Numbered from the stretch's first letter, positions 40,151-48,895 are shown. The stretch is 64,000 nucleotides of DNA from Candidatus Fermentibacterota bacterium (GCA_963845085.1 CAWJQI010000004.1:448001-512000); one strand, 5' to 3'. Notes: generated by a model not told the origin, from the letters alone. Made by a program: numbers and translations.

Positions 40151-41370
40151 TGCGCCCGCCGTTTCAAAAAAGCCATGCCGACGGCGACAAGCCCAAGCCC
40201 GAACACGGACTGGATAACCGCCCCGGGAACGCCCGCGGCCCTGTAACCGGCCGTGTCGGGTCCGGAATGGGCCGGTGAAACAAGGGTGTTCACGAGGGGG
40301 GAGCGCTCCGCCGACCAGATCACTGCCTGCCGGCCTGCCGTGTGGAATGAATCGGGTCCAAGGCTCCGCTCAAGGGCGTTCGTATCGGTAAGCCCTGCCG
40401 CAAGAGAAACAAGCAGAGCAAGAACGGCAAGAAAAGCAAATGACTTGCCGCCCGCCCCGGCCCTCAGCAGGGGAAGGAAGAGCAGGGGAAGGGATGGGAA
40501 CAGAAACCTTGGACCCCAGCCCGTTCCACCCGTCCAGTCGTAAAGAAAGCCGTGAAGCAGCAGTGAAAAAACGAATGGAAGCCAGAGCCTGGGGTCGCGA
40601 CAGGAGAGCACGGCAGCCACCCACATCGGCGCGTACCACAGCAGCCCTTTCCCGGGGCTGAACAGCAGCCCGACGATACCCGTTGATGCAGGATCGAACG
40701 AGATCGCAGGATCCTGACCGTGGCCGTCGTCGAGTATGCTTCCGAACCGGTACTGGTTGTAGGCCATGATGATGAGGACAAACGGGATCAATCCTGAAAA
40801 GAAGGACAGGTAACCCTTCCTCTCCCCGGCGCCAAGCCAGTACACCGGCAGAAGGATTGCGGAATCGGCCCTTACAAGGATCGCCATGCCCAGGAATGCC
40901 CCTGCGGCGGCGAAGCTCCTGCGGTGCATCAGAACGGCGCCCCACAGGGCGAATGCTGCTGCAGCAGTTACATCGTACGGCATCCTTCCGTACATGAGGC
41001 CCATGCAGCCGAGCATGACCGGCACGAGGCGCCTTCTGTCTATTCTTCCGAAGAAGCCCCTTCCAAGAGCATCGAGCGACAGAAGAAGCGCAAGGCTCAG
41101 AAGGGCTCCGGTCGCCGCCCCCGCCGCCTTGCCCGCATCCTGTCCGACCAGCAGTCCAAAGGCTGCTGACGGCAGGAGCACGAGCGAGTAGCCTGGACCG
41201 TGGGGAACGTACGATTCAGAGCGCACCCCGCTTACCAGCCAGCCGCACTCGGCGGTAAAGAGCGGTCTTGCCCCGAGCATTGACTCGGCCACCTGGTACT
41301 GGGAGACGATGTCGGTCGTGAAAAGCCTTCCGCCGAACACAAGCGCAAGCAGCCCGGCCCAGATGATCAT
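40147..41370 (-). CDS. Multi-pass membrane protein, probable GT-C superfamily glycosyltransferase
   Basis: Acidic first loop (FTTDIVSQY), YNQYRFGS, LLFSPGKGLLWYAP, WTGGTGWGPRFLFP motifs. Confidence 0.6.
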   Translation of the reverse strand: MIIWAGLLALVFGGRLFTTDIVSQYQVAESMLGARPLFTAECGWLVSGVRSESYVPHGPGYSLVLLPSAAFGLLVGQDAGKAAGAATGALLSLALLLSLDALGRGFFGRIDRRRLVPVMLGCMGLMYGRMPYDVTAAAAFALWGAVLMHRRSFAAAGAFLGMAILVRADSAILLPVYWLGAGERKGYLSFFSGLIPFVLIIMAYNQYRFGSILDDGHGQDPAISFDPASTGIVGLLFSPGKGLLWYAPMWVAAVLSCRDPRLWLPFVFSLLLHGFLYDWTGGTGWGPRFLFPSLPLLFLPLLRAGAGGKSFAFLAVLALLVSLAAGLTDTNALERSLGPDSFHTAGRQAVIWSAERSPLVNTLVSPAHSGPDTAGYRAAGVPGAVIQSVFGLGLVAVGMAFLKRRAQ

Positions 41371-41404
41371 CGGGCCAATGGCGCCGGAGCTTGTCAGGGG
41401 CCGG

Positions 41405-42382
41405 TCAGACCTTTCCAACGAAGGTGTTCCTGAACATTCCCCTGGCAGTGAAGCTTTCCTTGAACCTGCAAAGACCATGGTTCACTTCCCCGTTCAGGGT
41501 GAAGGTGCCCAGGTCAAGATGGCTGTAGCCCATCTGTCGGGCCCATTCAATGACTTCCCGATAGACGAGGTTGACGGGTCTAAGGGACTGGTGTTTCTCA
41601 TTATGGCTTATGTAGAAGGCAAGCGTCACTCTTGGGTTGGCGTGGAACATCACCATGCCGGCGAAAACCTCTCCCGCGTCATCAACCGTTATGAACTGCC
41701 TGATCTTCTCCGGTCCGAGAAGTGCCTCAAGCCTCACCAACTCCTCAAGGGTATGCGTCGGACTGACCCCGTGGCGGTCGTTGAGGTTTCCGGCGAGAAC
41801 GGGATAAAACCTCGAGAAGTCCCTGTCCTCAATAACCCTGAGCCCCGATTTCCTGGCCTTCCGCACCCCCCGCCTCGCGGACTCGCGAAAGGCGAGGTCG
41901 ATCTCCTCGCCAAGCCTTCTGAGGTCTATCAGTGCGGTAAGCTCGCTCTTGGAACGGGTGAAGCCGTGGTTCTGAAGGACAAAGTCGATGTAGTTGTGGG
42001 GCCTGCGGAAGTAGACCGTGGGGGGAATTGTCATCTCCAGCATGCCGTAGCCCGCCCTGCGGCAGTATTCAAGAAGATCATCGATAAGGTTTTCCACCGT
42101 GGAGAGGGATGCGTCATCCTCGAGCACCGGGCCACCGTAAGAAGCCCCGGGATAGCTGCGGAACCAGGTTGTGCCGTCCCTGTCCGCGAGGGCTCCCGGT
42201 ATGATGGCTGCAATCCTGCCGTCCGAATCCTCGGCGATCAGGTGTTCGTTCCGGAAACGACCTTCGGGGTGGTAGTCGAGAAACGCGGGAAGGTGAAAGA
42301 CCGTCCCGTTGTTCGAGCGGTGTACGAAGTCGGTCCAGGGTTTCCTGTCGTCTGAAGTCGCGGGTCTGATCCTGAACATCAT
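41405..42382 (-). CDS. FemAB-like / GNAT family acyl- or aminoacyltransferase
   Basis: WTDFVHRSNNGTVFH, SYPGASYGG, RRGVRKARKSGL, PTHTLEEL, LDLGT...GLCRFKESF. Confidence 0.8.
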   Translation of the reverse strand: MMFRIRPATSDDRKPWTDFVHRSNNGTVFHLPAFLDYHPEGRFRNEHLIAEDSDGRIAAIIPGALADRDGTTWFRSYPGASYGGPVLEDDASLSTVENLIDDLLEYCRRAGYGMLEMTIPPTVYFRRPHNYIDFVLQNHGFTRSKSELTALIDLRRLGEEIDLAFRESARRGVRKARKSGLRVIEDRDFSRFYPVLAGNLNDRHGVSPTHTLEELVRLEALLGPEKIRQFITVDDAGEVFAGMVMFHANPRVTLAFYISHNEKHQSLRPVNLVYREVIEWARQMGYSHLDLGTFTLNGEVNHGLCRFKESFTARGMFRNTFVGKV

Positions 42383-44607
42383 CGCACCACCGCTATCCTG
42401 GAGGGAAAGACAACATCGCCGTACTTAACCAGTACCATGTACACGCCGGACGCTGCCCGAGCGCTGTCCAGTTCACCGTCCCAGGTCCACTGAGCAGGCG
42501 AGGGCGCCTCTTCCGCGCCGAGAAAGGCGCCGTCTACAGAATAGAACTCAACCCTGATCGGCAGCTGGTCGGCAACTCCCATGATGAGCATCCCCCCCTC
42601 TGAAGGAATGTAGGGCTGTGGATAGAAGACAGGGGATTCAGCCGTTCCTCCACCGCCGGTGGCAATGCTCCAGATCCCGTTCTCGGATGAAAACATTACC
42701 TCCCCCGAAGCAGGGTCTGTGATCGAGTACTCCTGGTCGGGGCGCGAGGATGGGATGTAACTGGAGTTCGAGGAGTCGTAGAAGTAGGTCTGGCTCCCCT
42801 CGACGCAGGTGACACCCGTGGTGCCGACGCACCAGATCCTGCCGGCCTGATCGGCGGCCATGGTCTTCACGGCGCCGTTGACCCCTGCGATGGAGGTGAA
42901 CTCGCCCGCGTTGAACCTGGCCAGCCCTGATGCCGTGCCAACGTAAACGCCGGCCCCCGGAACCGGCAAAACGCAGTAGACCTCGTTGGAGGGAAGGCCG
43001 CTCGCAACGGTGTACGCCTGATTGGGCGCCGGATACCAGGTGTCCGACGATGCATCCGACGGATCCCCGGAGTGAACGAGAAGCTGGCATCCCTGCCCGA
43101 GGGTGAAGGTGATCCACAGGCTGTCCGATCCCTGCGGGAAAACACCCCTCACGTCTTTTGCGGCAAGACCGTCAGAAGTTGTTCTGACCGCCCACTCCAT
43201 CTCCCGGGCTTCGGGATCTCCCCGGAAACCGGTTATGCCGCTCGGTTCGTCCGGAAACTGCCAGTAGGACTCGTGCGCTGACCAGACGCCCTGCCCCTGG
43301 CTGGCGAGCATGTTCACCTGGTTGTTCACAAGGTCCGACGGGACAACGATAGTCGCCGGGGGCACCGGGTTCTGCAGTGTGTCGCTGCAGAAGGTCAGCA
43401 GCATGTCGTCTCCGTCGTCCAGCGTTCCGTTGTCATCGACCCAGGTGAGACCGTAATGGTAGCTTGCGGCCCATACCCCGGGACCTGCCCAGTCGGTGGC
43501 GGCGAAAATCTGAAGGTTGTTCGGGAAACCGGAATTCTCTGCCGTGAAAACCCGCCAGCCCTCGCCAGGGTAGAAGGCCTGAAGCCCTCTGATGTAGGTG
43601 CCGGTGTAGGTCCTTCCGTCCGGTTCAACAACCAGCTGGAAAACGCTCATGCAGGGCATGCCCGGCAGTGTGCTGTTGAGCCATGCACCGTCCTGGCGGA
43701 GCAGGATACCCCTTCCCGCGACCTCCATCTGAGGGTTGACCACTCCGTAGCCCATCCAGAGGTTCCCATCAACGCTTCGAAGGAAACTCGGTGTGATGTC
43801 GCTTGGAATAGCAGGCGCGAGCAGTCCCCACCTTCCGTTCCTGTACTCGAGCACACCGCCGTTACGGGAGGCCACCAGCATTCCATCGAGCTCGGCGACG
43901 CCGGTCACGGTGGTGTCGTTCAGTGTGTAGTCAAGGGTGAGCTCGAAGTCATCCGCACCGGGTGCGAGGATCGCAACGCCCGAGCTTCCGTAGGCGCACA
44001 CGCCTTGTGAGGGAACCTCTATCCCGCGCAGGGAATAGCTCTGGGTGGCCTTCCAGTCCTTCCAGGCGGCAGGGTCGAACGGCGACATTCCGGTGTCCAA
44101 CGAGAAAACACCGCGATCCGTGACAAGCCAGAGGGAGTCGGAGCGCACAGCCATTCCGTAGACCCTGTCCGCGTTGAAAACCGTTCCCTCCTCGATCGGA
44201 ATGAAGCCCTGGGAGTCCCCGCGGGCAAGACCGCCGTCGCTGCCAACCCAGATGTAACCGCCCGCCTCTGCAACCGAGTAGACGTTGCCGCTGCCCGGGA
44301 TCCCTTCAAACGATGTGAAGAACGTGGTCTGACCGTCGGCGTAAAGAACCAGCCCGCCCTCGGTGGCCACCCACAGAAACCCCTGGGAGTCCTGGAAGAC
44401 TGAGCGCGTTCTGGGATGAGGAAGCTGATCCGGGTAGGAAAGGCTCTCGATCACCCCTTCCCCGTAGCGAAATCTGATAACTCCTCCCGTGGTGGCGCAC
44501 CACAGGCCGCCCTGGCCGTCCGAGCAGACCGAGCGCACGAATGTGGTCGAGGACATGAGGTCCCACTCGGGAAGGAGCGACATGACAAGCATCAGCAATG
44601 GAATCAT
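42379..44607 (-). CDS. PorZ-like beta-propeller protein with C-terminal FlgD-Ig/T9SS domain, paralog 2
   Basis: LWCATTGGV, LWVATEGGL, SGLPSNEV repeats; tail FYPQPYIP...WDG...ASGVYMV...RIAVVR. Confidence 0.7.
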   Translation of the reverse strand: MIPLLMLVMSLLPEWDLMSSTTFVRSVCSDGQGGLWCATTGGVIRFRYGEGVIESLSYPDQLPHPRTRSVFQDSQGFLWVATEGGLVLYADGQTTFFTSFEGIPGSGNVYSVAEAGGYIWVGSDGGLARGDSQGFIPIEEGTVFNADRVYGMAVRSDSLWLVTDRGVFSLDTGMSPFDPAAWKDWKATQSYSLRGIEVPSQGVCAYGSSGVAILAPGADDFELTLDYTLNDTTVTGVAELDGMLVASRNGGVLEYRNGRWGLLAPAIPSDITPSFLRSVDGNLWMGYGVVNPQMEVAGRGILLRQDGAWLNSTLPGMPCMSVFQLVVEPDGRTYTGTYIRGLQAFYPGEGWRVFTAENSGFPNNLQIFAATDWAGPGVWAASYHYGLTWVDDNGTLDDGDDMLLTFCSDTLQNPVPPATIVVPSDLVNNQVNMLASQGQGVWSAHESYWQFPDEPSGITGFRGDPEAREMEWAVRTTSDGLAAKDVRGVFPQGSDSLWITFTLGQGCQLLVHSGDPSDASSDTWYPAPNQAYTVASGLPSNEVYCVLPVPGAGVYVGTASGLARFNAGEFTSIAGVNGAVKTMAADQAGRIWCVGTTGVTCVEGSQTYFYDSSNSSYIPSSRPDQEYSITDPASGEVMFSSENGIWSIATGGGGTAESPVFYPQPYIPSEGGMLIMGVADQLPIRVEFYSVDGAFLGAEEAPSPAQWTWDGELDSARAASGVYMVLVKYGDVVFPSRIAVVR

Positions 44608-44617
44608 CTCGGACCTT

Positions 44618-45325
44618 TCAGAACAGCCAGGGAAACCGCAGATGCCAGACCATCCACACAGCTTCCCAGACGATGGACTTGGACATCTTGCTCGTGCCGG
44701 AATGGCGGTCCACGAACACAATGGGCACCTCGGTGACAGTACACCCCTTCTTGACAAGCTTGTAGGTCACCTCGATCTGGAAGGAGTAACCGTCGGACTT
44801 TATGCCGTCAAGATCGAGCTGCGCCAGGGCACTTCTTCGGAAAGCCTTGAACCCCCCTGTGGCATCCTTGACCGGGAGACCTGTCACTATTTTGGTGTAC
44901 ATGTTTGCGGTGTAGGAAAGGATCAGCCTTGAAAGGGGCCAGTTAACAACGTTGACGCCGTTCGAATACCTTGACCCGATCGCAAAGTCCACCCCGTCGA
45001 GAGCCTTCACAAGCAGCGGAACCTTTGACGGATCGTGCGAGAAGTCAGCGTCCATCTGGACGACAGGGTCATAGATCCCCTGCGCGAGCGCCCACCTGAA
45101 CCCGGCAACGTAGGCCTGCCCGAGACCGCTCTTGACAGGGCGGGAAAGGAGGTGGACCCTGCCGGTGCCCGAATAGCCCTCTACCACCGCGCCGGTTCCG
45201 TCCGGGCTTGAATCATCCACCACAAGAACATCCGGGGAAAGGGGAAGATCAAGCAGCACAGGCAGAAGTTCAGCTATATTCCTGACTTCATTGTAGGTGG
45301 GTACGATTATCAGGGTTCTGCCCAC
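44618..45325 (-). CDS. Polyprenol-monophosphomannose synthase (GT2, Dpm1/Ppm1-like)
   Basis: IVPTYNE, VVDDSSPDGT, QMDADFSH, AIGSRY, DATGGFK, GYSFQIE, FVDRHSGTSKMS. Confidence 0.92.
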   Translation of the reverse strand: MGRTLIIVPTYNEVRNIAELLPVLLDLPLSPDVLVVDDSSPDGTGAVVEGYSGTGRVHLLSRPVKSGLGQAYVAGFRWALAQGIYDPVVQMDADFSHDPSKVPLLVKALDGVDFAIGSRYSNGVNVVNWPLSRLILSYTANMYTKIVTGLPVKDATGGFKAFRRSALAQLDLDGIKSDGYSFQIEVTYKLVKKGCTVTEVPIVFVDRHSGTSKMSKSIVWEAVWMVWHLRFPWLF

Positions 45326-45386
45326 GAGCCTGCCTTTCGATGATTGTTTTGACCAATATAACCCCGCGGAGGGGGAGAGGAAATTC

Positions 45387-46433
45387 TTGAAGACACTCCG
45401 CTGCCTTTTCTTCCTTTTGATCCTCGTGACCGCGAATACTCAGGCCCTTTCCCTATTCCCGACGGCGGGCTACAGTTCCGAAACCGGTCTTCTGCTGGGA
45501 GGAACCCTGATGGCCCCCATCCTCTCCCCCGACAGCCTTCAGACAGGCCTTTACACGATCGGAGCCTATTATGGCACATCCGGTGTGGTTTCGGTGAAGG
45601 CCGACGCGGTGCGCGCCATGTCCATGGGAGGCGTGAGGTTTTCGGGCCGATATCAGCGACTTCTGGAGGCCGACTGGTTCGGGTGGGGCAACCGGACCGA
45701 CCCCGACACTTCCGCGGTTATGGACTTCGAAAAACAGAACCTGTCAATTCTTTTCAGCAGGGTGCTGGCCCCCGGGCTCATGTTCCAGGCAGGCATCTCC
45801 GCCCGGCACACCACCGTCTACGACAGGGAGGAGAGCGAACTCTGGGAGAGGGCGCCTTCGACGAGGTTCGGTTCGACCTGGACACTCGGACCCGATGCGG
45901 GGATCAGCCTCGGCGGGGGAGGCATCGAGGGGTTTCGCTGGAGCGCAGGGCTCTCGGGCTCCTGCCAGACCGGAGACGTCACATACGGGTGCATCACATC
46001 GCAGTTCTCGGCCTGGGTGCCGGCACCCGGAAGGCTTGAACTTGGAGTGTCAGCGACAGCTGCGCGCCACTACGGAACAGCCGACACCCCGATACCCTTC
46101 ATGCCATCGCTCGGCCAGTCACAGGGGTTCCGGGGCTACAGCGATTTCAGGTTCACGGGTCCCGTATTGTTGCTCTGTTCTGCCGAGATCAGGAAAATGC
46201 TCCTGACAATCAGTGTTCCTGTCTTCAACCAGCCCTGGCAGGCGGGCGTTGCGGTTTTCGCCGACGCGGGTCAGGTTGCGGATTCGATCTCAGGCCTTGC
46301 ATTTGGAAGATTTCATGGTGATGCAGGCGCAGGGCTCAGGCTGCTCACACAGGACCGCCTCATGTTGAAGTTTGACGGTGCCTGGGGTGATGAGGGCCTC
46401 TGCATCAGCGCCGGCGTCGAGAATCCTTTCTAA
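45387..46433 (+). CDS. Barrel-only Omp85 (BamA/TamA family) outer-membrane protein
   Basis: Signal peptide, then PTAGYSSETGLLLG, FRGYSDFRF, FADAGQV, GAGLRL, terminal F; no room for POTRA domains. TTG 45387 follows GGAGAGG. Confidence 0.75.
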   Translation: MKTLRCLFFLLILVTANTQALSLFPTAGYSSETGLLLGGTLMAPILSPDSLQTGLYTIGAYYGTSGVVSVKADAVRAMSMGGVRFSGRYQRLLEADWFGWGNRTDPDTSAVMDFEKQNLSILFSRVLAPGLMFQAGISARHTTVYDREESELWERAPSTRFGSTWTLGPDAGISLGGGGIEGFRWSAGLSGSCQTGDVTYGCITSQFSAWVPAPGRLELGVSATAARHYGTADTPIPFMPSLGQSQGFRGYSDFRFTGPVLLLCSAEIRKMLLTISVPVFNQPWQAGVAVFADAGQVADSISGLAFGRFHGDAGAGLRLLTQDRLMLKFDGAWGDEGLCISAGVENPF

Positions 46434-46449
46434 CCGATTGGGAGACTGT

Positions 46450-48774
46450 ATGAAAAGGCTCTGTTTCCTTGTTCTCCTCTTGTCATGGTCAGCAACGGCC
46501 CTGCCCCTCGACCCTCTTCCGGGCAATCCGGTCCCGTTCAGGTTCAGCGCATACCCCGAGGCTTCAGGCGCGCTTTTCACAAATCCGGCTGGTTTCCCCT
46601 GGTTGAAGTTTCAGGACATGACAGTCTCCTGGTCATTCACCGACTCAACCTGGGAAGGGTTGGACGGCGTCAGCCTGCAGGGAGAGCAGGGCGGTCTGGG
46701 AGGCTGGTGGGAGGACAGGTTGAGCCTGAGGCGATTCGACACCGGCGCCGGAATAAGGGCAAGCGAGAGCTTAACATTTGGTACCGGGTTCTCCTGGTAC
46801 GACCCGACCGTGAGCGGCCATCCACTCGACGGCGCCACTTTCTTCACCCTCGGTGCCTGCCTCAGGCCTTCGAACCAGCTGGGCGCAGGCCTTGTCTTTC
46901 GAAGCGCTGTGAAGGACTACGACCAGCACATGGCTGCCGGCCTCGCCCTGCGTCCGATGGGCAATCTTTTCACTGTTACCGGAGACTGGGCGTGGAGTGA
47001 ATGGAATCCGGACGAAGGTGACTGGCAGGCCGGGCTCGAGGTCGTTCCGGTTCCCGGCTTCACCTTCAGGGGAAGCTTCTCCGAGGACCTGGTGACTGCC
47101 GGGCTTCAGATCGACTTCCAGCAGGTGAGCAACAGGAACGCAGTATCTTTCAGCGACGGATCGTATCAGGGTGGAACCGGCAGCCTCAGCATTCTCAGCA
47201 GGCAGGCTGACTGCGCTCTCAACCCGTCGGGAAGCTTCATGGAATTCCATGCCGAACACACCTCGGAAGAACCGTCGCGAAGTTTTTTGGGTCCCAGGAC
47301 CCCTTCCTTCTCGGAACAGATGGTTCTTCTTCGCAGGGCATCAGCAGACCCGGAGGTTCCGGGCCTGTTGGTCGACTACTCCAACTGCTCCTTGAACGCT
47401 TCACAGAATGAGGAACTCCGGGAGATCATGGTTCGCTTCCGGCAGGCAGGGAAACCGGTTTTTGCATTTCTTGAGTACGCCGGCACGTCTACCTACTACA
47501 GTGCGGCGGCCGCACGCAGGATATGCATGCACCCTGCCGGTCAGATCAGCGTCAGCGGCTTCACTTCATACACTCCGTTCCTCAGGGGTTTTCTCGACAA
47601 GCTGGGTGTGTACCCCGATCTGATGCACATTGGTGACTTTAAAAGTGCCAGTGACATGCTGACCCGTACCGACATGACCGATGCCCAGCGGGAAGCCACC
47701 CGCGCCCTTCTTCTCAGCGCACGGAACGAGATTGTGAGAGGGCTCGGCGATGGCAGGGGCTACGAACCGGCCCAGGTGCTCTCGCTCTTCACATCATCGC
47801 CCTACTGGGGCATAAGGGCCAGGCAGATGAGCCTTGTCGACACGCTCATACATCCCGACCAGTTCCATGAATTCGTCGAGGGCGAGATCGGCGAGAGCAT
47901 GTCCGTTGTTTCGCCGCAGGAGTACGGCTCGACCATCCCGCCTTCCGGCGACTGGCTCCCCGATCCGCGGGTTGCCGTTGTCGTTGCGACCGGCAACATC
48001 GTAAACGGTGAGAGCGGGGGGTCCATACTCGGGGCAAACATGGGCAGCGACACCATTGTCAGGCTCCTTGAAGAAGCGGCTGAGGCCAGCGGTGTGAAGG
48101 CTCTGGTCCTGCGAATCGATTCCGGAGGCGGCGACGCCATGGCCAGCGACGACATGAACAGGGCCGTCCAGCGCATCCGCGAGCGCATGCCTGTTGTGGT
48201 CAGCATGGGGTCGGTAGCAGCAAGCGGAGGCTACTACATGGCGTGCGGTGCTGACGCGATTTTCGCTGACAGGCTGACCGTGACAGGTTCGATAGGTATC
48301 ATCACGGGAAAGTTCGTCTACGGTGACCTGCTGGAACGGCTTGGCATTAATGTTGAAAGCGTTTCCATCGATCCCTCGGGAGACCCGGGCAACCCGTTTG
48401 AACCCTACACCGAAGATGAATGGACGAGGGAATTCGACGCCATGCGCGGCGGTTATGAACTTTTCGTAAACACCGTAGCCCGGGGCAGGGGCATGTCGTT
48501 CGAGCAGGTTGATTCCATTGGCCAGGGCAGGGTCTGGTCGGGATCCGACGCCCTCGAGCTCGGGCTGGTCGACTACAATGGGGGCGTCGCTGATGCCGTG
48601 ATGCACGCAGCAGGTCTTGCCGGAATTGAAGACCGTTTCCCGGAAATAGTCGTTTTCCCCGAACCGTCGCCGTTCGGCTCCTTCTCCACCGGTCTTCCGT
48701 CTCTCTCAACCCTCGCCTCCCACCCGCTTTTCACCGGTGGCGGCTACATCTACCTGGGGGACGGACTTAGATAG
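46450..48774 (+). CDS. sppA: Signal peptide peptidase SppA (S49, tandem domains) with N-terminal beta-barrel-like extension
   Basis: IGDFKSA, LRIDSGGG, VVSMGSVAASGGYY, TGSIGII, GQGRVWSG..A..LGLVD; the first ~250 aa are strand-rich with an NPAG motif. Confidence 0.9.
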   Translation: MKRLCFLVLLLSWSATALPLDPLPGNPVPFRFSAYPEASGALFTNPAGFPWLKFQDMTVSWSFTDSTWEGLDGVSLQGEQGGLGGWWEDRLSLRRFDTGAGIRASESLTFGTGFSWYDPTVSGHPLDGATFFTLGACLRPSNQLGAGLVFRSAVKDYDQHMAAGLALRPMGNLFTVTGDWAWSEWNPDEGDWQAGLEVVPVPGFTFRGSFSEDLVTAGLQIDFQQVSNRNAVSFSDGSYQGGTGSLSILSRQADCALNPSGSFMEFHAEHTSEEPSRSFLGPRTPSFSEQMVLLRRASADPEVPGLLVDYSNCSLNASQNEELREIMVRFRQAGKPVFAFLEYAGTSTYYSAAAARRICMHPAGQISVSGFTSYTPFLRGFLDKLGVYPDLMHIGDFKSASDMLTRTDMTDAQREATRALLLSARNEIVRGLGDGRGYEPAQVLSLFTSSPYWGIRARQMSLVDTLIHPDQFHEFVEGEIGESMSVVSPQEYGSTIPPSGDWLPDPRVAVVVATGNIVNGESGGSILGANMGSDTIVRLLEEAAEASGVKALVLRIDSGGGDAMASDDMNRAVQRIRERMPVVVSMGSVAASGGYYMACGADAIFADRLTVTGSIGIITGKFVYGDLLERLGINVESVSIDPSGDPGNPFEPYTEDEWTREFDAMRGGYELFVNTVARGRGMSFEQVDSIGQGRVWSGSDALELGLVDYNGGVADAVMHAAGLAGIEDRFPEIVVFPEPSPFGSFSTGLPSLSTLASHPLFTGGGYIYLGDGLR

Positions 48775-48895
48775 ATTAGTTTGTTGCAGTAACTACAACT
48801 CCATCACCAGGATACAGAAGAAGCAGCGTACTTTCACAAAACATTAGTACGCTGCTTCTTACTGCAACAAACTAATCTATCTAAGTCCGTCCCCC
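48756..48895. mobile_element. 140-bp MITE/REPIN-like inverted-repeat element
   Basis: Perfect 37-bp terminal inverted repeats (48756-48792 / 48859-48895) and an inner perfect 15-bp IR (48818-48832 / 48846-48860); 61/140 GC by hand count. Mobility is inferred, the repeat itself is directly visible. Confidence 0.6.

Noticed and set aside
41309..42355. 348-aa plus-strand ORF
   Set aside because: Antisense shadow of the GNAT gene with no recognisable motifs; expected in GC-rich DNA.
48756..48895. CRISPR array or dif site
   Set aside because: The repeats are inverted, with only two copies and no spacers or cas genes; no XerD-arm TTATGTTAAAT-like match.
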